A stretch of DNA of 47,353 nucleotides, taken from assembly GCA_964469325.1 (NCBI GenBank), contig CAYXZN010000001.1, forward strand, positions 1 to 47,353. Direction: 5' to 3'. This document shows, piece by piece, positions 24,848 to 31,345 of this stretch (position 1 is the first letter of the stretch; each line of letters starts with the position of its first letter). The translations under genes and the position numbers were made by a program. The notes below the pieces were generated by a model. That model was not told where the DNA came from and made no database searches. It worked only from the letters and a program-made list of their open reading frames with translations. This stretch comes from an uncultured Steroidobacteraceae bacterium. GTDB lineage: Bacteria > Chloroflexota > Limnocylindria > QHBO01.

Positions 24848-26638
24848 TCAGGCCACGAACTCGGCCTGCGGGGTCGGCTCCTTGGGGCCGGTGGCCTCGA
24901 TGATCTCGACCACGCCGCGGGTTCCGTCGACGCGGATCCGATCGCCGGACTTGATCTTCTGGGTCGCCACGGACGAGCCGATGACGGCCGGGATCCCGAA
25001 CTCGCGCGACAGCACGGCCGGGTGCGAGACGGTGCCGCCGGCGTCGGTCACGAGCCCGACGATCTTGGTGAACAGGACCACCCAGGCGGGGTTCGTCATC
25101 TGGCAGACCAGGATGTCGCCGGCCCGCACCTCGTCGAATTGGTCCTCGGTCAGCACCACTCGCGCGATCCCTTCGACCACGCCCGGTGAACCGCCGATGC
25201 CGGTCACCTCGCCCGCCACCGTGGACTCCTTGCGGTGGAACTTGTCGGGGAAGCCCCACAAGTTCAGGTACGGGAAGTCCAGCTGCGACTGGGTGACCGT
25301 GCCGATCCAGTCCTTCGGGCGCTTCTGGTAGGACGCCTCACGCTCCGCCCGCCGCTGCTGGACGATGGCCGGGCCCTCCAGGACCGACGCGTCGCCCATG
25401 ATCACCCGCAGCTCGTTGTAGCGCAGCAGGACCACGTCGTCGGGCTGGTCCAGGACACCCTGCTCCACCAGCTTCTTGCCGATGGCGATGAGGACCAGGC
25501 GCACGTGCGCGTTGGCGCCCTGGTCGATGTAGAAGTGGTGGTCCGGTGTCAGAGGCGCCATCCGGAGGTTGATCTCGTTGGCGGCGCGCATCTCCTCGAG
25601 CGCCTCGCCCTCGAGCCCCTCGAGGATCTCTTTGGCCGCCTTCTCGATGTCCTCGGCGACCGCGGCGATCGTCTTGGGGTAGTCGTAGTTGGTCTCGATG
25701 TATCCGCGGATGAGCTCGAGCACCGGCTCCTTCTGCTCGTAGACGGTCGGGAAGATGAACTCGTGGCTCCAGACCGCGTGCCAGCCGAACTCCTTCTGGT
25801 ACGGCTCCACCCGCTCGGCGAGGAACCGCTGGCCGCGATCGGACGCCCTGAGCGCCTTCAGGATGTCGCCGGCGGTGTCGTGCTTGAACGCTTCCGACAG
25901 CTCGGGATCCGCCTTCGCCTCCTCCTTCATCTTCCACAGGGCCTCGATCGAGTCCCAGTTGCGGTCCTTGGCCGAGTTCTGCAGCCGACCGAGCAGGGCC
26001 TCGTCGACCTTGCCGTGAGTCTTCTCCATGATTGCGCGCAGGTTCAGCGTCGCCGACAGCTGCGCGAAGTTCAGCATCCAGTGGATCTTCCAGTGCCGGT
26101 CGTGGATGTCGATGGCGTCCTCGAGCAGGCAGGCCAGCTCCATGAGCGTCATCTGGTCCGCCTGGTCGAGCTTCTCCTCGAGGTAGTCGAAGTTGCGCCG
26201 CATCTCCGGCACCAGCCGGTCGCGCCACCAGTCGGCGAACTGCAGCCCGTAGGTCGGCAGGACCGCGTTGAGGTACGAGCCGATCCTCTCCGGGTAGCTC
26301 TCCATCAACGGGGTGCGCGCTCCGTAGCGGGCCTGGTACTCCATCGAGTCCATGGCCCACGCCGGGTCGGCCGGGATGGCCGCGGTGTACAGGTAGCCGT
26401 TCACGTTCTTGGCGAGCCAGTCACAGGCGAACGGCGTTCCGAAGCGGCGGAACATGTGGTCACAGGTCAGCCACCAGCCGCCGATGTCGAAGTACATCGG
26501 GCTGAGCGGGTGGGGACAGTGCAGGTCGTCGTAGACCCAGAAGAGCGCCTTCTCCTTCTCGGACGCCCACTCCACGGGGAATTTCTCATCCCCCAGGAAC
26601 TGGCCGAGAATGGGTTCGTTGGTCGCCACCGTGTTCAC
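24848..26638 (-). CDS. PEP-utilizer phosphohistidine (swivel) domain protein with a large unrecognised N-terminal domain; phenylphosphate synthase alpha / rifampicin phosphotransferase-like architecture without ATP-grasp
   Basis: 596 aa. The C-terminal swivel domain is GSPGVVEGIARVV..GDILVCQMTNPAWVVLFTKIVGLVTDAGGTVSHPAVLSREFGIPAVIG, with His539 at codon 25024..25022. The N-terminal ~470 aa is rich in Trp, Tyr, Lys and Glu and has no GGK ATP-grasp motif. The track start is GTG 26638; GTG 26629 has a better-spaced GGAGGTG RBS. Confidence 0.75.
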   Translation of the reverse strand: MNTVATNEPILGQFLGDEKFPVEWASEKEKALFWVYDDLHCPHPLSPMYFDIGGWWLTCDHMFRRFGTPFACDWLAKNVNGYLYTAAIPADPAWAMDSMEYQARYGARTPLMESYPERIGSYLNAVLPTYGLQFADWWRDRLVPEMRRNFDYLEEKLDQADQMTLMELACLLEDAIDIHDRHWKIHWMLNFAQLSATLNLRAIMEKTHGKVDEALLGRLQNSAKDRNWDSIEALWKMKEEAKADPELSEAFKHDTAGDILKALRASDRGQRFLAERVEPYQKEFGWHAVWSHEFIFPTVYEQKEPVLELIRGYIETNYDYPKTIAAVAEDIEKAAKEILEGLEGEALEEMRAANEINLRMAPLTPDHHFYIDQGANAHVRLVLIAIGKKLVEQGVLDQPDDVVLLRYNELRVIMGDASVLEGPAIVQQRRAEREASYQKRPKDWIGTVTQSQLDFPYLNLWGFPDKFHRKESTVAGEVTGIGGSPGVVEGIARVVLTEDQFDEVRAGDILVCQMTNPAWVVLFTKIVGLVTDAGGTVSHPAVLSREFGIPAVIGSSVATQKIKSGDRIRVDGTRGVVEIIEATGPKEPTPQAEFVA

Positions 26639-26958
26639 CTCCAGGGGTCTGGTGTGGAGCTGATCAGGACGCTCGGGTACGGAACGGCGATCGCGCGCGA
26701 CGGGCGGCCCCGTCCGGTTTCATGAAGGCTGGCGTTACCAGGCTGGCGGCCACTGTCGGCGCCAGCGAATCGAGGCCAGCGGGTGCGCTGCGGAGTCCCG
26801 GTGCTCGGGAGGTCGACCGTCCCTGGCTCCTTCCGGCGGGGGGTGGTTGGGGCGTGAGCGTGCCGAGCGTCTCGTGCGTTACCCGGCTCATCGAGATCGG
26901 CGATGGACACCTCCGAGTAGCGAGTTACCGTCGAGACGCGCACCGTGCGCGGTGCTGC

Positions 26959-27007
26959 TCGATAATCGATTGTCGATGACGATATTGGCCCAGCGTAGCG
27001 GAGTCAA
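26959..27007 (-). promoter_or_regulatory. Leftward promoter (TTGACT-N17-TATCGT) fused to the 26-nt TCGAT-heptad operator (box 1, copy B)
   Basis: Box TCGATAATCGATTGTCGATGACGATA sits at 26959..26984. On the minus strand the -35 TTGACT is at 27007..27002 and the -10 TATCGT at 26984..26979, with a 17-nt spacer. The architecture matches copy A. It faces the 8-gene operon. Confidence 0.55.
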
Positions 27008-27072
27008 GGGCGCGTGCCCGTGCTCTTCGTCATCGCCCAAGGGGGACGTGCGGCCCTGTTGCCATATCGGGA

Positions 27073-27087
27073 TCGATAATCGATGAT
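27073..27087 (+). promoter_or_regulatory. Operator TCGATAATCGATGAT (box 2, copy B) upstream of the transaldolase operon
   Basis: It is identical 15/15 to 13719..13733 and lies 46 nt upstream of the transaldolase ATG. A TTGCCA -35-like hexamer sits at 27058..27063, but the -10 assignment is ambiguous (ATGATT or GATTAT). Confidence 0.5.
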
Positions 27088-27132
27088 TATGGAGATCGCC
27101 AGCAGCCGAAGCGACCGGAGGAGGTACCGGCC

Positions 27133-28227
27133 ATGACCATCGCCACCACCGACAGCCCGCTTCTGCGCATGGTGCAGGAGACGCCGACCGACTACTGGAA
27201 CGACTCGTGTGCGGTGACGGAACTGGAGTACGCGGTCGAGCGGGGCGCCACCGGGGCCACCTCGAACCCGACCATCGTCCACGAGGTCCTCAAGAAGGAG
27301 TCGGAACACTGGGTCCCGCGCGTGCACGAGATGGCGGCGGCCAATCCGCGCTGGAGCGAGGTGGAGCTGACCTGGGCGCTGGTGGAGGAGATGGCGGCCC
27401 GAGGCGCCGGCGTACTGCAGCCGGTGTTCGATCGCGAGCGGGGGCTCAAGGGTCGCCTGTCCGTCCAGCTGAACCCCGCGAACTACCGCGATCCGCAGCG
27501 CATGGTCGAGCAGGCGGTGCGCTTCGACCAGCTGGCGCCGAACATCCTGGTCAAGTTTCCGGCCACCGCTGCGGGCATCGCCGGCATCGAGGAAGCCACG
27601 TCCCGCGGGATCAGCATCAACGCCACGGTGAACTTCACGCTGCCCCAGGCGGTTGCGGTGGCCGAGGCGGTGGAGCGCGGCCTGGAGCGCCGTGAGCGCG
27701 CCGGCGGCGACACCTCGGCGATGACTCCCATCTGTACGCTCATGATCGGCCGGCTGGACGACTGGGTGAAGGTGCTGGTGGAGCGTGATGACATCGCGCT
27801 GCACCCGGACGCCGCCAACTGGGCCGGCATCGCCGTCTTCAAGCGTGCCTACGCCCTCTTCCGCGAGCGCGGCTACCGTCCTCGGCTGCTGGCGGCCGCC
27901 TACCGCCACCGGCTGCACTGGACCGAGCTGGTCGGCGGTGACGTGGCCATGACCATGCCGCACGCCTGGCAGGTGCGCTTCAACAAGAGCGGCATGGTGC
28001 CGGAGCCGCGGATGGACGTGCCGGTCGACGCCGCCATCGTCGACGATCTGCTGGAGCGGGTACCCGACTTCCGGCGGGCCTACGAACCCGATGGGATGCG
28101 TCCGGACGAGTTCGAGGGATTCGGCGCCTCGGTACGGACCCTCCGCTCCTTCATAAAGTCCTACCACGACCTGATGGCCGCCGTGCGGGACCTTGTCCTG
28201 CCCGACCCCGACAAGCGGCCGAGCTGA
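27133..28227 (+). CDS. Transaldolase-family protein
   Basis: 364 aa, with the RBS GGAGGAGG upstream. Motifs include GATGATSNPTIV, the Schiff-base Lys context ILVKFPATAAG, and SINATVNFTL. Confidence 0.88.
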   Translation: MTIATTDSPLLRMVQETPTDYWNDSCAVTELEYAVERGATGATSNPTIVHEVLKKESEHWVPRVHEMAAANPRWSEVELTWALVEEMAARGAGVLQPVFDRERGLKGRLSVQLNPANYRDPQRMVEQAVRFDQLAPNILVKFPATAAGIAGIEEATSRGISINATVNFTLPQAVAVAEAVERGLERRERAGGDTSAMTPICTLMIGRLDDWVKVLVERDDIALHPDAANWAGIAVFKRAYALFRERGYRPRLLAAAYRHRLHWTELVGGDVAMTMPHAWQVRFNKSGMVPEPRMDVPVDAAIVDDLLERVPDFRRAYEPDGMRPDEFEGFGASVRTLRSFIKSYHDLMAAVRDLVLPDPDKRPS

Positions 28228-28250
28228 GCGAGGCCCACGAGGAGGCAGGC

Positions 28251-28619
28251 ATGATCAAGCGCGTGGCTCGAGCCGAGGCGCAGCACCTCCCGCTGGCCGG
28301 CCGCGACTGGTACACCTACATCTCGCCGGATAACAGCCCGGCGCGGAACGTCTCGGTCGGCGTGTCGGTCTTTCCACCCGGATCGAAGCCGGAGGGACAC
28401 GTTCACCCGGCCGAGGAGGAGACGATCTACGTCACCTCCGGTCGTGGCCGGTTGGTGACGCCCGAGGCGACCGCCGGGCTGGAGCCGGGCGTATCGGTCT
28501 TCATCCCGGCCGGGACCTTCCATGCCACCGAGTCCGACGGGCCCGAGCCGCTCGAGCTGGTCTGCCTCTTCTCGCCGCCGGTGGTGCCCGGCTCGTACGA
28601 GACGAAGGGTCGAGAATGA
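28251..28619 (+). CDS. Cupin-domain protein (possible sugar isomerase or small-molecule-binding protein)
   Basis: 122 aa. Cupin motifs are GSKPEGHVHPAEEETIYVTSG and PGVSVFIPAGTFHATE. It is ATGA-coupled to the transketolase N-terminal subunit gene. Confidence 0.75.
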   Translation: MIKRVARAEAQHLPLAGRDWYTYISPDNSPARNVSVGVSVFPPGSKPEGHVHPAEEETIYVTSGRGRLVTPEATAGLEPGVSVFIPAGTFHATESDGPEPLELVCLFSPPVVPGSYETKGRE

Positions 28620-29494
28620 CGGCCTCGCAGCCGACGACCCTCGACCGTGCCGAGATCGAGCGCCTGGAGGAGGCGGCGCGGCGCATCCGGGTCGAGGTCA
28701 TCCGGACCGTCAACCACTGCCAGGTCGGGCACGTCGGAGGTCCGCTGTCGGCGGCGGACCTGCTGGCCGCCCTCTACTTCCGCGTGCTGCGCATCCGACC
28801 CGATGATCCGCACCGGCCCGAGCGCGACCGCTTCATCCTGTCCAAGGGCCACTCTTCGCTCGTCCAGTACGCCGCCATGGCCCTCCGCGGCTACTTCCCG
28901 GTGGATGAGCTGCGCACCTTCGACTCACGAGGCTCGCGTCTCCAGGGTCACCCCGACATGAATCTGCTGCCGGGGATCGACATGTCCACCGGATCGCTGG
29001 GGATGGGGCTGTCGGCCGGTCTGGGCATGGCGCTCGGCGCCCGCTTCGCGCAGCGCGACGTGCGCGCCTGGGTCCTGCTGGGCGACGGCGAGTGCCAGGA
29101 GGGGCAGGTCTGGGAGGCCGCCTTCGTCGCCGCCCGCTACCGCGTCGACAACCTGATCGCGATCATCGACCACAACAAGCTCCAGCAGTACGGCTGGCCG
29201 GGGGAGACCGCGGAGCACCGGCTGCCGCCCGAGGAGCCGGGCGAGCTGGTGGCCAAGTGGAGCGCCTTCGGCTGGCGCGTCCTCGAGACCGACGGCCACT
29301 CTGTCGCTGACGTGGTGGGCACCCTCGAGCAGGCGGCGGAACCGACGGGCCGGCCGACGGCGGTGGTCGCCCACACCGTCAAGGGACGAGGCGTGTCGTT
29401 CATGGAGGGCGAGTACCGCTGGCACTCCAAGCCGATCAAGACCGAGGAGTTCGCCGCCGCCATGCGCGAGCTCGGCGAGGAGGTGGCGACGTGA
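28616..29494 (+). CDS. Transketolase, N-terminal (TPP/PP-binding) subunit of a split enzyme
   Basis: 292 aa. Motifs include GHVGGPLSAADLLAALY, DRFILSKGHSS, STGSLGMGLSAGLGMA, LLGDGECQEGQVWEA and IIDHNKLQ. Confidence 0.9.
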   Translation: MTASQPTTLDRAEIERLEEAARRIRVEVIRTVNHCQVGHVGGPLSAADLLAALYFRVLRIRPDDPHRPERDRFILSKGHSSLVQYAAMALRGYFPVDELRTFDSRGSRLQGHPDMNLLPGIDMSTGSLGMGLSAGLGMALGARFAQRDVRAWVLLGDGECQEGQVWEAAFVAARYRVDNLIAIIDHNKLQQYGWPGETAEHRLPPEEPGELVAKWSAFGWRVLETDGHSVADVVGTLEQAAEPTGRPTAVVAHTVKGRGVSFMEGEYRWHSKPIKTEEFAAAMRELGEEVAT

Positions 29495-30438
29495 CCCTGC
29501 CCATGGGGCGCCCGATGCGCGAGGTGTTCGGGGAAACCGTGGCGGACCTCGCCAACGACGACCCGCGCATCCTGATGCTGGACGGCGACCTGGGCAGCTC
29601 CACCAGGGCCGATATCTTCGAGCACGCGCACCGGGACCGCTTCCTCCAGATGGGGATCGCCGAGCAGAACATGATCGGCGTGGCGGCGGGGCTGGCGAGC
29701 ATGGGCTTCATGCCCTTCATCAGCACCTTCGTCTCGTTCGCGGTGGTGCGACCGCTGGACCAGGTGCGCGTCCTCGTCGCCCAGACCGGCCTGAACGTGA
29801 AGCTGACCGCCGGCTACGCCGGGCTCTTCACCGGCATGGCGGGCAAGACCCACCACATCGTCGACGACATCTCGATCATGCGCGCGATGCCCGGCATGAT
29901 CACCGTCTCGCCCGCCGACGACGTGGAGGCGGACCGGGTGCTGCGCTGGGCGGCCAGCTACGAGGGGCCGGTCTACGTGCGGATCGTGCGCGACGCCACC
30001 CAGCGCCTGTTCGGCGAGGATCACTCGTTCCAGCCCGGCCGGGCGGTGGTGGTCCGGGAGGGGAGCGACGTGACGCTGATCGCGACCGGCGCCCAGACGC
30101 CGCGGGTCGTTGACGCAGCGGACCTGCTCGCCGAGCAGGGTATCGGCGCCCACGTCGTCCACCTGCCGACCCTCAAGCCCCTGGACACCCAAGGGATCGT
30201 GGAGGCCGCCGAGCGCACCGGCCGGGTGGTCACCGTCGAGGAGCACAGCGTCATCGGCGGGCTGGGCGGGGCGGTGGCCGAGACGCTGGGCGAGCAGCGG
30301 CCAACGCCGATGCGGCGAATAGGGCTCAACGACATCTACACCGAGTCGGCGCCGAACGACGTGCTGCTCGACCTGTACGGCCTCTCCGCCCGAGCGGTCG
30401 CCGAGCAGGTGCAGGCGATGCGCTGGGAGAGCAGCTGA
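29491..30438 (+). CDS. Transketolase, C-terminal (pyrimidine-binding plus C-domain) subunit
   Basis: 315 aa. The GTG start overlaps the upstream stop as GTGA. Motifs include FLQMGIAEQNMIGVAAGLA, YVRIVR and VVTVEEHSVIGGLG. Confidence 0.9.
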   Translation: MTLPMGRPMREVFGETVADLANDDPRILMLDGDLGSSTRADIFEHAHRDRFLQMGIAEQNMIGVAAGLASMGFMPFISTFVSFAVVRPLDQVRVLVAQTGLNVKLTAGYAGLFTGMAGKTHHIVDDISIMRAMPGMITVSPADDVEADRVLRWAASYEGPVYVRIVRDATQRLFGEDHSFQPGRAVVVREGSDVTLIATGAQTPRVVDAADLLAEQGIGAHVVHLPTLKPLDTQGIVEAAERTGRVVTVEEHSVIGGLGGAVAETLGEQRPTPMRRIGLNDIYTESAPNDVLLDLYGLSARAVAEQVQAMRWESS

Positions 30439-30439
30439 C

Positions 30440-30458
30440 CGCGGTGCCGCCCACCGCG
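30440..30458. terminator. GC-rich hairpin between convergent genes (candidate bidirectional terminator)
   Basis: CGCGGTG (30440..30446) pairs with CACCGCG (30452..30458) around the loop CCGCC. The hairpin fills nearly the whole 20-nt gap between the transketolase stop and the GntR stop. Confidence 0.4.
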
Positions 30459-31184
30459 TCAGCCCGCGCCGTCCCCGCCGCCCGTCTCCCCGTGAGCCAC
30501 ATCCGGCGCGACGGGCGCGTCGGGCAACGCCTCCTCCCAGCCGGCGCCGATCTTCGAGCTCGCGCGATCGAAGTGCAGGCGCAGCGCGTGCACCACCGCC
30601 TGGGGATCACCCTGCCGGAGGGCGTCGAGGATGGGCCAGTGGAGCGCCGCGGTCCACTGCACGTCCACGCCGGGGATTCGGGCGGTGATGTACGTGCGCA
30701 GGAAAGGCTCCAGCGACTGCCAGACGCGGCGCAGGGTTGCGTTCCCGCTGAGCTCGACGATGCGACCGTGGAAGGTGGCGTCCGCAAGCGCAAGCGCATG
30801 CGCATCGCCGCTCTCGGCGGCCCGACGCAGCGCCTCCCCGTGAGCCAGCAGGTCGTCCAGGTCCGCCTGGGTCATGCGCGACACGGCCAGGCGCGCGGCC
30901 AGCGACTCAAGCTCGGCTCGGACGGTGATCGCCTCCAGCAGCTCGGCGGTGCTGGGACGGCGGACCCGGGCGCCCCGGAACGGCAGGATCTCCACCACAC
31001 CGGTGGCCTCCAGTCCGCGCAACGCCTCTCGCACCGGCGCCTGGCTGATCCCCAGCTCCCGCGCGACCGTCGTCTCCACGATCCGCGCATGGGGCGGATA
31101 GCGGCCCGACAGGATGTCGCTCAGCAGTCGATCCTTGACCTCGTCGGCCAGGACGCTTCGCGACAGGGCCTCCTGCTCAGCCAT
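30459..31184 (-). CDS. GntR-family transcriptional regulator, FadR subfamily, paralogue 2
   Basis: The real start is ATG 31184 (MAEQEALSRSVLADEVKDRLL..), with the RBS GGGAGG a few nt upstream; the track ORF extends to 31421. The wHTH RIVETTVARELGISQAPVREALRGLEATGVVE is nearly identical to paralogue 1, and the FCD C-domain includes FHGRIVELSGNATLRRVW. Confidence 0.88.
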   Translation of the reverse strand: MAEQEALSRSVLADEVKDRLLSDILSGRYPPHARIVETTVARELGISQAPVREALRGLEATGVVEILPFRGARVRRPSTAELLEAITVRAELESLAARLAVSRMTQADLDDLLAHGEALRRAAESGDAHALALADATFHGRIVELSGNATLRRVWQSLEPFLRTYITARIPGVDVQWTAALHWPILDALRQGDPQAVVHALRLHFDRASSKIGAGWEEALPDAPVAPDVAHGETGGGDGAG

Positions 31185-31345
31185 CCACCCTCCCATTCGA
31201 TCCCCGGTGATGGAGCGGTGGCTCCGGGACCGCGGCGAATTGTAGCGTGGCGACCGCCGCCGGCCGGTCACCGATGAGGCAGGCGACGAGTGACGAGGGC
31301 ACTGACCCGCGGCCGGGCGACCATTGGCGTCGGCTCCCGACCACC

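Noticed and set aside
26635-26943. 102-aa ORF on the minus strand filling the leader of the 8-gene operon, whose TGA overlaps the GTG of the next gene (GTGA coupling-like)
   Set aside because: The product is Pro/Arg/Thr-rich and non-globular. About a quarter of its codons end in A/T, unlike genuine genes here. There is no RBS before its GTG. I treat it as non-coding leader, though ribosome profiling could revisit this.
31191-31213. Degenerate TCGAT-like string (TCCCATTCGATCCCCGGTGATGG) between GntR paralogue 2 and the phosphatase gene as a sixth operator
   Set aside because: Only one TCGAT unit is intact and the second heptad is mostly mismatched (CCGGTGA versus TCGATGA). It also overlaps the RBS region of the GntR gene. 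This is too weak to claim without a PWM score.
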